Shown in pieces: positions 1-12,403 of a stretch of 64,000 nucleotides of DNA. The position numbers and the translations under genes were made by a program. Below the pieces are notes generated by a model, which did not search any database, was not told the DNA's origin, and worked only from the letters and a program-made list of their open reading frames with translations. Each line of letters starts with the position of its first letter. The stretch's first letter is position 1. Source of the stretch: Lingula anatina (lineage: Eukaryota; Animalia; Brachiopoda); contig CM120643.1 of NCBI GenBank assembly GCA_051362555.1, positions 28,586,848-28,650,847 on the forward strand, read 5' to 3'.

Positions 1-495
1 GCGAGGAAGGAACGTTAAATGTGCTATGTTTATTATGCCTATCACTATTTGATTATGACCGTCGGTTAAAATATTTTGCCAACTGTACACAGTAGTGGAG
101 CAGTGTATACCTCACAAGGCTTAAGGTCACACTCTGATCTTCCTCATTGAATGTTATTACGAGATATACAGCTTCACCATAGTGTACAAATTGAAAGTTT
201 TAAAATATGATCCATATCAATAAACAACATATGTATGGAGTTCATCAGAAAATTGAAGGAATGTGGAACTGAAACAAAATAAATAACAATAACATCTGCC
301 CTTAAAAAAAACAAAGTTGACATCAGACAGACAGCACGTTTCTATCAGAATATTACCGGTCGTGATACAGAAGAGCGGGCGGGTGGGGGGGGGGGGGGGC
401 TTAGCACTGGTGTCCCCTTGCAACTTGAAGGCATAAAAGGACACGTGGTAAATGAGGAACCAATAAACAGAAATCTTCAAATGAGAACTATTTTC

Positions 496-613
496 ATTGG
501 TTGGTTGTGTCAAGTTTGTGCCGAGAGAAGGCGTGGCACGTGCTGGAAGAGTATATAGAGAAACAGGCTTACAAGCCTCATTATCCGAGCTGACTTCCTC
601 TAGTGAAAACGAG
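496..613 (+). promoter_or_regulatory. Putative promoter and non-coding first exon of the single-EGF peptide gene
   Basis: Reverse CCAAT (ATTGG 496-500), TATA-like GTATATAG (551-558) and a strong donor GAG|GTAAGT at 613/614. The same block recurs, diverged, on the minus strand at ~29710-29860 upstream of a paralogous gene. Confidence 0.6.
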
Positions 614-2007
614 GTAAGTTTTATCTTGTCGGGGATATAATTTTAGCATTGCGACTCTCGCTTTTAATTTATAGTGGAATCGGCGTTGTATTCAATGTAC
701 ATTACCTAAGTATGAACCATTGGAGACATAATCATAATGTTTTCTATGCAACCGTTTATAGGTACTTGGGTACGTGATAAAGTAGTTATTTTCACATTTT
801 GATTAGGAAAAAGGCAATAATGGAAAATGAAAATCAGGCGAATGGAACAGACTATATGAAGCAAAACAATACAAATTTTAAACAAAATTCCTTAGGTCAA
901 CTGATGTAAAATTAAAGGTATCAAATTAACTAGGGCCGTATTCTCCAAACTTTATAACTTATAACAATTTGTAACTATTGATGTGAATTTGTAACTTGGT
1001 CCTACGTGGTATTCTCGAATCTCTTGTTAGTCGAGTATTGAAAAATCTGGAAAAAGATGTGGGATCCCCACAGCTACGATTCCCCAACTTTGCTACTACC
1101 AAAGAACACTTTAATTCATAAAGTGTCAGGTTACTCTAAATTAGAACTTCAGTGATAACTACAATGTTATGTAAAGAATGACACATGTAGATAACTATAA
1201 AAAAGTCAATATGTAAAATCTTTTACAAACCCACACATTACTAGTAAGACTAGTGTTTGGGTATTTAAAACTGTTTAAAGTCATTTAAAGATACCAAGAA
1301 AATTCAAAATCTGAAATTTAACCGTGGCTCAATTTAACAATCTTGAGTAACAACTGAAATGGTTTATATCGCCAAAAAGCTTATTGAATTGGTTTTCTCA
1401 CAACACTAATATCTCTTTCGCGTTCTTTCAAAAATATCAGTTTTCGATATAATTTAAAATTCGGCACCCATACAAACTGCCATACAAACTGCGATTGTGT
1501 ATTGACAACAACGTATTGACAACAACGTATTATTCTTACCGAAATCGTTAACTTTAGGCAACTAATCTGAAATATCCGAAAACTTTTCCTTTCTCGCCGA
1601 TAGTAATACACCCATGGCAAGCAAGTAATGATTTTACTTGCTGTTAAACATGTTCAACATGAAACAGGAGCATAACATTTTGCAGACAAATGTGCATGCG
1701 CACAACCTTTGCAGCGAGTTAAAAGACGTCCAAAGTAGTTGTAAATTTACAGGAATATTGGCACTGAAAACCACATTGATATAACGAAACTAGACACTTA
1801 CATCAGCGCCCCTTTGTAAGTTACAACCGTAGGACATTGACAGCAATCATTGATAATTTCATTTGTGTAGCTAAATTTTCAGCATAAAGTTTGTACCTTA
1901 ATTTTCTTTTCTTCCTTATAATTATATATGCAATAAATCGACCCCAATTAAGCGAGGATTATGTGACAAACACCAGTACCACCCTTGCCGACGAGGGGTC
2001 TATCTTT

Positions 2008-2203
2008 GGGGAGGTTTCGCTATCCCGGCCCGACAACTAGCTCGCCGAGAACAATTCTCGTTCCCGATCAGCGCTCCGACATCCAGCGCCTGGTTCTCGG
2101 AATCCGTCAACGAGAAAACAAGCGCAAAAAGTGATGACGTTTTACGCAATTTCTTCAAATTATCGGCGCGCTGGTTCTCGGGCCGGGATCGCGAAACCTC
2201 CCC
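2008..2203. mobile_element. MITE, PIF/Harbinger-like
   Basis: ~44-bp imperfect TIRs GGGGAGGTTTCGC(T/G)ATCCCGGCCCGA... at both ends, flanked by TTT/TTT (possible 3-bp TSD); non-coding. Confidence 0.7.
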
Positions 2204-2269
2204 TTTTATAGACGCGGTCCCTTGGCGGGTTTTAACGCATTCATGCGAGACGTGCGGTTATACGAGATA

Positions 2270-4215
2270 GGGCAGAGCGGGGTGGGTTGGAACGCGGGTA
2301 AGTTGGAACATTGGCTTTATTTCTTAAACCACAAGACCGATCATGTGCTCCTTCAGAATAAAAATGTCACTTGGTATGGCCATTCATCCGGTAAACTTTT
2401 GGAAGTTTCGAAAATGCAGTAAAAGTTTTATGCGAAAAAAACTCATTTTCGCTACTCGAAGTAAGTTTTCATATTTTTGACTCTCATCGTGCTGTAAACC
2501 AAAGTATAAGGATTATATCACTGAAATTGTGCATAGCGCTTAGGACCACCTTTATGTTCAAAAAGCTGCAGTTTTTTTTAATCACCTCCCACGTGTTAAA
2601 GAAGTACAGTGTCATAAGTAGGCCATGACGTCATGGGGGTTGGTCGGAACATTTGACATGGGGCCAGTTGGAACACTGTCAGGGGTGTTCCAACACACCC
2701 CGCACGGTGCTTTTCATTTTTTTTTTTTTTATCTCTCTAAATGTTTTATTTTCAACTTTAAAGAGAGTAGTAATGTAGTAACCCAGTACAACTCCAACTG
2801 GAGACGAAATCCAGCTGGTAGAACATCTCCAAGATGCCGGAATGTACATGCTTGTAGAAAATACAAGGGGGGATGGTCACTGCTTGTTAAATGCAGTTGC
2901 TAGCTGTTTGGTCGAAAGGGGTCTGCATGCCAACTGTTACTCTTTGCGATAAATTTCTGTTAGAAGTGGAAGAAAATGTCGATTATTACTCTGCATTTCG
3001 CGGCAAAATGAAAATATTCTAGCTGAGAGCCTACGTTATGGATAAACTATACAACACCAATTCTGCCAATATTGTTTTAAATGCTTTGTGTAATGGATTG
3101 TGGGTTGCTGTTAATGTTTAGTGAACGAGAGTACAAAATCCGCCAGAAAAGACAAACATTCACCTCGTAACTTAGGCAAAGTTTCAGTTGAAATCTTAGT
3201 TGCCCTCAGCGGAAGAGGTGCTACAGCACACTATAGCGCACTTAAGAAAACCCCAAAACAGCTCAAGTCCAGCAATAATTGGGCTCACCGTCGCAGCCCA
3301 AAGATTAAAAGAAGAAAACGATGCAGTGCAGTTCTAACTGACACACCTGAAAAAGAGCTACTCGAAAAAGAAAAGACCAAGCCCAGCAATATTAAAAAGG
3401 ACAAGTGCAACAAAAATAAAAAACAGTTAAATATTTCTAGTCGATAGAGAAAATCAAGAAAAAGGAAATTAAAAATGATCAGCGATTCTGAGTCAGAATT
3501 AGAAGAGTGGCCATGTCTGGTTTGTGGGGAGCCGTTCAGTAACAGCCGACAAAAAGAGAAATGGGTTTATGCATTGTTTGTCTAAAGTGGTCACATGAAG
3601 ACTGTACTAATTAAGGGTGACCGAGTGTGCATATGTCAGAACTGCGATTTTGATTCTAAGGTCTAGTTGAAAGAGATACAGTTTTCATTAGTAGGTCTAA
3701 CATACTGTTGTTGATAGGTTATGTGATATTCAATTTCTTTTCTCTTAAACTACACCACTTTTGTTATCATTATGAAATGAAGTGTAACTGGATATGGTTT
3801 ATATATCGAAAAGACTATTTGAAAGCAAATTATAAACCTAAAAAATGCTTACAAACTATGGAGATACGAATACAAGGTAATACGTTCTTGTTGGGAAATT
3901 AATATAGATAAACCTACTCTTAAAATGAATTATACTTTGAATTTATATACAAGCGTTCCAACTCGCCCTCTTGTTCCAACTCACCCCACTGACTGTTCCA
4001 ACTTACCCCGCGGGTGGGGTGAGATGGAACGTTTTAAGAGGCAACTTTGAGTATTTATTACTCTAAAATAAAAATACCTACTTGATGTTTTATTTCATAG
4101 ATGAGTGCGGCATATAATTATCCCCTATCAGTGTTTTTATTTTTGTCCCCAAAGCTTTGACTGCTGAGATATCGCAAAAAAAGTGAAAAGTGTTCCAACC
4201 AACCCCGCTCTCCCC
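2270..4215 (+). mobile_element. pogo/Tc1-mariner-like deletion derivative retaining the transposase C-terminus (PHD finger)
   Basis: TIRs GGG(C/G)AGAGCGGGGT(G/T)GGTTGGAAC with TA on both sides (2268-2269, 4216-4217). Repeated subterminal GTTGGAAC/GTTCCAAC motifs. Coding remnant SAVLTDTPEKELLEKEK and a frameshifted PHD (CLVCGEPF...WV/CIVCLKWSHEDC...CICQNC) at ~3320-3655. No DDE domain seen. Confidence 0.75.
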
Positions 4216-4511
4216 TACACCACGTCCGAGTCTTTCGGTTTTCACTTCCACCGTGGTCTAAATTTCATTAGTTCATGTGAATTCCCAGTATATTAAATGT
4301 ATACAATAATCATTTATTTGAAAAGAAAAAGGTAATTGGGATATTTTTAATATAAAACATAAAAGTATCGGAACATATATAAGTAAGAGACGAGACACAA
4401 GAAACTGGATGAACATATCAACACCTTGGCCACCTTTATCAAATATTTTCATGGATGAAATCCTGTTCTATTTTAGCAAAAATTACAGATCACTAAATCT
4501 GCTAAAGAGCG

Positions 4512-5899
4512 ATGATTTTATTGATCTTCTGCAGCCTTGTTGTGGGGTTGATGGCGATTGGCAATGATACTCCTGATGATTCGTACTGTAAGTAAAGGAC
4601 TCAATGAGATAAATTTATCCATTTTTTCTGTAAGGACTGAGGATGATTTAGAGAAGTTGTAGAACTACAAGTAAGCGTATTAACATGCGTCTGATGCAGA
4701 TAATTATTTTTAGTTAACATACACAAATTCCTGTGTAATGAAAAAATAATGGGTTGCGTTATTATAAAAATAATAACAAATCAAGAAATAATTATCAATC
4801 CAAAATACATTTCAGAAATGTGAGCTATGCAAACTGATAGAGAATGCCAAACATGTAATCACTTGTGCAACTTTTTTTTCAGTCGGGTGCCATCCCAACC
4901 CTTGCGAAAATGGCGGATCATGCATAGAGGGTAAAGAGGCAAATCCAGATGTCTTTTACAAGTGCATTTGTGCCGCAGGATTTTCTGGATACCGGTGCAC
5001 CGTCGGTAAGTCTCTCCAGTTTTTAGTCTGCATGTCTGACATCTGCTTTTGGACTGGGTGTATAGCGACTGATAATTCTACATTGTTTTGCAGCAAAAAA
5101 TCGGGACACAAAATAATAAAAAAGGAAAAGATTTGAGTATCCCTTTAATCAAAAGCTAACTACCAGTCGTTTTTGCATACATTTTAAAGAAAGTCCAGAT
5201 TTACACCAATTAATGTGGCCGTTTTAAATAAATATATTATCTTACGTCAGATTTTTTTTTTTTATTTGTGGGCGTGGGCGACGGGTTTTAATGCGCCAGT
5301 TAGTATCACGAAGGTGGAATCAGGCAAGATCGGGACCTGGTCTGACAGGAATGGTACTACTAGGAATGCAAGTAGCTCGGGGTCCCATATCATTAGCACA
5401 CGTTAAGGTTACTCGTTGTATTTGGGTTAGAATATGGGAGGGATGTCATCATTACAAAATAATGGGGGATTGTCTACGGTTCCTAGCGGACTACCAATCC
5501 TGTCACACTGGTCCCAAAAAAACTACCATAGTCAGTTTTATTGGCGAAAGGTTATAGAACACCCAAGTTAAGACCACCCACGTTATACTGCGTGGGTTTT
5601 CAGTATTTTATCCACGGATCTGTTAGACCGCGGATCTGATAGTCCGCAGATCATCTTTGGATGTGAATGTCGCCATAGATATCAAGGGAATGGGTTCCAT
5701 GAGGGTGACCTTCTCTTTACAATGTGACCTACTATCTACAGTGCAGAGATATGCGATGGGTGCCCATCGGCGCATTTGTATTATTATTATTATCATTATG
5801 TGTGCTTTTCTTGTACTGAATGTACAAACAAGAACTCGTTTAAAAAATGTGGACATAAAACATACCGTTTGTTTATTTCTTACAGGAAAGAAGAAATGA
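4512..5899 (+). CDS. Secreted single-EGF-domain peptide precursor, 70 aa (coding exons 4512-4587, 4883-5005, 5886-5899)
   Basis: Spliced translation MILLIFCSLVVGLMAIGNDTPDDSYFGCHPNPCENGGSCIEGKEANPDVFYKCICAAGFSGYRCTVGKKK*. Hydrophobic signal peptide, six-Cys EGF spacing, two phase-1 GT-AG introns, AATAAA at 6007-6012. Confidence 0.85.
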
Positions 5900-6549
5900 A
5901 GTTCTCCCAAAAAAAATTAACACAGAAGAGCACAGATGGAAGAACAGTTGAACATGCATTTTAAAATATATGAAATTGGTGTATCAATTCAATTATTATA
6001 ATTGAAAATAAAACATTTTGGCATTGCATGTAGTACATTTCAGTGTTTACTTATCACAACATCTTATGCCATTTGTATGGTCCTTATTATTTTTCATTTT
6101 ATTACGAAAAAAATCAAATCAACAACAACATTTACTTAATTGAAATTATTGAGCTGTGTATACAATTCAATGAAGTGTGTTCCATGAAAAATATATTTCT
6201 ATTTTTTTTTTAATTTTGCTTTCTAGTTGTTCAAATTTTATACAGATTTAAATACGTGTATGTGAATATGTCAGACATGATATATCCGTGAAAGTTGTGG
6301 TAATTCACATATTTAAAACCCTTTATTCAGGCTCAGAAATATATCACCTGAGACTTTTTATAACCTTTTCTTCATCTTCTTGACAAGTGTTCAGTTCCTT
6401 TTTTCTAGTTATTATCTTTCAGATAAAATTGCTATCTGATTTCCATATTTCATTGATTCAACAAGCATAACGTACAACTTATGATCCCACCGCTAAGTGC
6501 AAGTATCATTAAAACAATTGAATACAGAATACAGGACCTTTAATGTACG

Positions 6550-7858
6550 ACCCCGGTGAAGTTGATTCCTGGTTCCTTATTCCTTATTCGGTTACTTATT
6601 CAAATGTGAAGTTGGTTACTTATTCCCGGTTCCTTATTCGGTTACTTATTCAACTTTTTTATGTTTTTTTATGATTTTGATGCTAGAATACCTGTTTCAT
6701 CATACTAGCACCCCCTCTTCATCTAGATGACACCCTAAAATTGTTAAATATACCAATAAAAACACAAAATATAACCCATTCCTTATTCAAAAGTCCTGTT
6801 ACTTATTCGGTTACTTATTCCTTATTCGGTTACTTATTCCTTATTCGGTTACTTATTCAACTTTTTTATGTTTTTTTATGATTTTGATGCTAGAATACCT
6901 GTTTCATCATACTAGCACCCCCTCTTCATCTAGATGACACCCTAAAATTGTTAAATATACCAATAAAAACACAAAATATAACCCATTCCTTATTCAAAAG
7001 TCCTGTTACTTATTCGGTTACTTATTCCTTATTCGGTTACTTATTCCTTATTCGGTTACTTATTCAACTTTTTTATGTTTTTTTATGATTTTGATGCTAG
7101 AATACCTGTTTCATCATACTAGCACCCCCTCTTCATCTAGATGACACCCTAAAATTGTTAAATATACCAATAAAAACACAAAATATAACCCATTCCTTAT
7201 TCAAAAGTCCTGTTACTTATTCGGTTACTTATTCCATATTTGGTTACTTATTCCTTATTCGGTTACTTATTCCTTATTCGGTTACTTATTCCTTATTCGG
7301 TTACTTATTCAACTTTTTTTATGTTTTTTTATGATTTTGATGCTAAAATACCTGTTTCATCATACTAGCACCCCCTCTTCATCTAGATGACACCCTAAAA
7401 TTGTTAAATATACCACTAAAAACACAAAATATAACCCATTCCTTATTCAAAAGTCCTGTTACTTATTCGGTTACTTATTCCTTATTCGGTTACTTATTCA
7501 ACTTTTTTATGTTGTTTTATGATTTTGATGCTAGAATACCTGTTTCATCATACTAGCACCCCCTCTTCATCTAGATGACACCCTAAAATTGTTAAATGTA
7601 CCACTAAAAACACAAAATATAACCCATTCCTTATTCAAAAGTCCTGTTACTTATTCGGTTACTTATTCCTTATTCGGTTACTTATTCCTTATTCGGTTAC
7701 TTATTCAACTTTTTTATGTTGTTTTATGATTTTGATGCTAGAATACCTGTTTCATCATACTAGCACCCCCTCTTCATCTAGATGACACCCTAAAATTGTT
7801 AAATATACCAATAAAAACACAAAATATAACCCATTACTTATTCAAAAGTCCTGTTACT
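6550..7858 (+). repeat. Left inverted arm: 6 higher-order units with variable numbers of a 19-bp subrepeat
   Basis: Marker ATCTAGATGA at 6721, 6928, 7135, 7381, 7569, 7776 (spacings 207, 207, 246, 188, 207). Subrepeat TTATTCGGTTACTTATTCC. Confidence 0.95.
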
Positions 7859-10800
7859 TTATTTTACTATTCTCGAGACAGAGAATTAATCATGAAACGT
7901 CATCCATTGCTAGGCTACTTTGTTCTTTTTGACAGATCATCGCCAGCTGTGTTTGTTTACATCTGGGGTCAAGGTCAGTCAGTAAAATTTTACAATCAGG
8001 TATTGAATTGTCCGAATGCGGTGTGCCATATTATTGACCTCATACCGCTTGAGAGATATCATGATTAAAATGTTATTTGTGCAATGCCGTTAAGATGGCA
8101 TGCACGGGGAAGATTAGAGCCGAGAAAATCTACACCGTGCATATTTTCAATGTACGGGCGCCCTTTTGATTTCGCCCATAGGCGGCCGCCATTTAGGCTA
8201 CTCTTAGGCCTATTCGGTTACTTATTCAAAGCTAAATCTTGGCGCCAAATCAAAACTTAAGCGAAAATGCCAGCGCTCTCAAAATGGCTGCATTGGCCCT
8301 CTCTATACAGTGTAGATTACGATTTATAAAAAGTTGGAATCAAATCGGCCAAATATAAAACCCGTGTCCTCAGCCGTGTTCAATGTAGGTGACGTGACAG
8401 ATAGGCCTCAAAAGGTACGGAGTTCGGTTTTTTCGAACCAGGCGCGTGTATTAGGTTCAGGTGAGTTGATTTGGATGGAAAAATCTGAAATTCTTTCAAA
8501 AACGGACTTTCTGGAGGCCTGGTTAGGCCTAGGCCTACTTATTCGGGACTTTTGCTTTTTAAGCGGGAATGGAAGGTCCGATTTTACCAGACAAGTGTCA
8601 CATCATTTTCAAGATGGAGCCCCATCCGCCAGTAGAGAAAATTTCACTCTCATTGCATTTAGCCGAGCGCTACATCTCTGTTACTTATTCGATTCCTTAT
8701 TCAAAGCTAAATTTTGGCGCCAAAATCAAAACTCAACCGAAAATGCCAGCGCTCACAATTTTTTTACTTTGCTACTCTTTTTAACGATCATCGGGCTATC
8801 TTCAGACCCCCAATGAGGTGACATCATATATAAATCTTTTTTCAAAATTTCTGAAAATCTGTGTAGGCCTATGGGTTATTGTTATACCCTTCAACGCCTG
8901 CTTTGTTTCGTTTTATGCTTAGAACGTGTTAAAGATCGTTGATATAATGACTTTTCCAATATTTAGCCTAGCATTCATTAGTAGGCCTACAGGGAGCATA
9001 GGCCTAGTGGACATTAAGTTATTTTCAATAGGCCTAATAGGCCTAGAGGTGACACAAGAAAAACATGATTTTTTACAGCAGAACCTTTTTCACTTGTACT
9101 TCCCTACTTTGCTATTTGCATTTTGACTACAACCCATACCCAAAGTCGTCTGGGAGGCAATAAGGGAATAAAAGTTGCCTATGCTATGCCACGACGCGTG
9201 ATGACGTCATCAACAATGCTGCCGGACAAGATTTCTATTAGCCTATGAGGAACATGGACATGATGGATGAAAGAATGATGAAGAGAGTAAGTATCTGACA
9301 AATTAATAAAAATAATTCTCTGTGATTAAGGAGTAATGTATATACATAGGCTGATTTCATAAAGTAGTAAAGTAAAGTCAAATCCATTATTTTGATATTG
9401 AAGCCATACAAAGATGTAGCCAGTTTAAGCCCATGGAGACATGAATAACAAAATGATGGTAGTGACATCCATATAAAAGTAATAACCAAAAACCAACGTT
9501 AACAAGCAAATTGCATTCGTATATGCTGATTAGGCCCTGCTACATTTTGGCCAGCATGGTTTCTTTGATACTAGGCTACTCCAAAAATTATATAGGACTA
9601 TTTTGGGAGGATGTCTTCATATATATTTTTTTAATCTGTATGGAATGATACTCATCTTTATATAGGTTATATAGGAGGGCTGTAGATTCTATTTTCGAAT
9701 TTAAACTAGATTCATAGGCTACATATTCATCATGTTTGACCTGTATTATTACATAGATTCATTTACTTGGCGTAAAGCATCAAGAAAGGACAAACAATGC
9801 CTAAGAAAACTTTTAAAAACTTTTTTTTTTCATTAGGACTAACAATGATCTGGTCAACAACTTATACATTGTATCACTCTGATCATACCCAGACAGACTG
9901 GGGCCACGCCAGACAGACTCAGGGCCACACCAATTTGGTCTATATAGGTCATCTATTCATTGAGGCAGCACCAGCAACTACTTGCTGCTCTCATAGATAT
10001 TGCGTCATGACATGACCTATTTTGTCATGGTATGAGCTGTGGCATTGCTGCAATTTTATTTTTCATTATTGATACCATTTATTGAGGATGAGGTCTTGGT
10101 AGGCCTACTCATTCAGGAGAAAATTGATCAGTACAGTCATTGACATTGATTGATGATTAAATTGTTAATTTGATAAATCATTCATAAATATATATTATTA
10201 GGCCGTACAGGTCTAGTAATAGCTAAGGGGTTTTAGGCCTTGGGAGGGATTCAAGATAAATATAAAAAGTATGTAAATTATAAAATTTGATAAAACTATT
10301 TGTAATTTCAATAAAATGAAATGATTAGACTAAATATTGTATTATAACAAATATTAGAATAGGCCTTTTTTATCATAGAATAATATGAAATAGGCCTAGT
10401 ATTGAAAATACAAATTATTGTAATAAAATAGTTAATCAAAATATGCGCTAATATACAAAGAAATACTGATATATAATATTTTTACCAGAAATAATAATGT
10501 GCCACGTAGTGGTGATAAATGGAACCTTCGCGTAAATGTCGTTGCAAACAACTAACGACGAAAAAGCATTATGTAGTCGAAAGATTATGTCGAAACACAC
10601 TTTATATTTTTTCATTTCTGGCGTTCCATATGTCTCTCTATATATTTACATTTACACGAAAAATAGGCTATCAAGGTGTTCATTCAGTGGTGTAATGATT
10701 AAGTTTCTTAAAGTGTAAAGTCCCACGTGGACCGGAAGTAGTTATTATGAAATTTATTTGATGTCGGACGTAATTTTGACCAGGCTGTGACGATCGATGC

Positions 10801-12306
10801 AACACAAAGATAGGCTAAGTTGTGGGGAAAACCCTGCACTCGGCTCACCATCGATTGATTCCTACGTTCATCGTATCTCGGCCGTACGATACGACCTCCA
10901 TTTAAAAATAGGGCCCTGTCCCAGTAGCTGACATCAGCAAAACAAAGTATATACACGTGGTGCAAGGCTAACCAACATCGGGAACACATTAATATGAATT
11001 GTGTCTCCTTTAAACAGATCAATTTAGAATAAACTTGATATATCCTGAGAAAATGAGCTGATTTTATGTACGGGAGTTGCATTTTCACAATCTCCCATGC
11101 AGAGTGTTCATTTATTCCGTTCCGTTGTCTCTACATTATGATGATCATGGGTAACCTCTGCGACGGAGATTGGCATTTTCAGTGGGACTAATCTGTCTTA
11201 CAAGGTGGGTTTTTTATCATATTTTTATTTTTAAGCTGAAATATTGAATATTTGAACCACTGGATCATCCTGTGAGCCTGGCCCTCGGTTCTGATTAATC
11301 AGGACACAGCCAGCTGTTGATCCTTAGTGTTCTGTCTGAGTGACACAGTAGAATTCGTTAGGCCGTAGGCCTGAGACTTTTTCTGCTGTGGCTCCCCCCT
11401 ATGGCAAACTGACCACGGGTTCTTGGGTATCAAGAGCAGACAGAACAGTGGTTTAACTAAAATGATCAAGCTGTCTAATAATGTTTTCTCCCTTCCGTTT
11501 TAGGTGTGCTGAAAAGTCAGAAACACTTGGTAGTCCTACAGAAAATTCATATAAAAATACTTTATTAGACAATAAAATGTTTTCGTTACCCTACTTCATA
11601 TTTTGAAAAGGTTTCCAGATGTGCCCTATTAAAAATGGGTTAAAATCCAAGCCGATTTCTAGACTAAGTCCAAATTTACAGCCGATTTTCACGCGTTTTC
11701 ACGAGAGCATGGCCTTACTCATTGAAGCGAGAAGTTCAGAGATAGCTGAATTGTGTTCTGTGTTGTATTAATAGCAGGTATTTACGATGCATGTTACTGG
11801 TTTTAGTGGACTATTTAGTCACTATTTAGCAAAAACGGCTTTGGTCTGTACATTTTGCCTGTATAACCAAGGAACCTTTCGTTGTAGGCTCCTTGGTATA
11901 ACCGAGTACTACTGGAGACATCTGGTGGGATAGAATGTTACGCCGGTATCTCATTGGAACACTTTGTGGAGTGAACACGTTCAATCAGAAGACGACATGC
12001 AATGCATTGGTTGGAACGTTTTGTCATGCTCAGAGAACTCGAGTCCTGACAGGGACAGACTGCAGTAAGACCAAGTTCCATCTTGATCGCCCGACAATAG
12101 CAGGCTACGTAACATAGATACATTAACGTAACAATCTGGGAAAGATGAAAATTATTTGCACTATAGGAAATAGGCCTATGTCATAGCGGAGGCAGCCAAT
12201 CGCTGTGCAGAAGATTGCGAAGCCTGTCCTGGCATCACTTTCAATTCAATATCACGTGCTAGGCCCTATATAGGCTACTTCTATGGCATGCCTACCACTG
12301 TCATGC

Positions 12307-12403
12307 CAATCTCTTACACATAGATCTCTTCTGCGCATGTCTACCGACCCTTGAAGAAAATGTTGTAGCGAGTGCAGGAGCGACATCTATGTGTAAGAGA
12401 TTG
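12307..12403. mobile_element. 97-bp MITE with 9-bp TSD nested in the Foldback element
   Basis: Perfect 19-bp TIR CAATCTCTTACACATAGAT / ATCTATGTGTAAGAGATTG; direct repeat CTGTCATGC at 12298-12306 and 12404-12412. Confidence 0.85.

Noticed and set aside
5290-5400. Faint resemblance to 5S rRNA or a SINE head
   Set aside because: Only scattered short matches; internal promoter boxes not recognisable.
6550-7858. Repeat-and-spacer look of the arm arrays suggesting CRISPR
   Set aside because: The sequence between short repeats is itself repeated rather than unique, the array is mirrored at 19411-20500, there are no cas genes, and the DNA is eukaryotic.
8334-8816. 160-aa ORF as a second transposon gene
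   Set aside because: Starts at TTG, has no recognisable motif and runs through repeat motifs.
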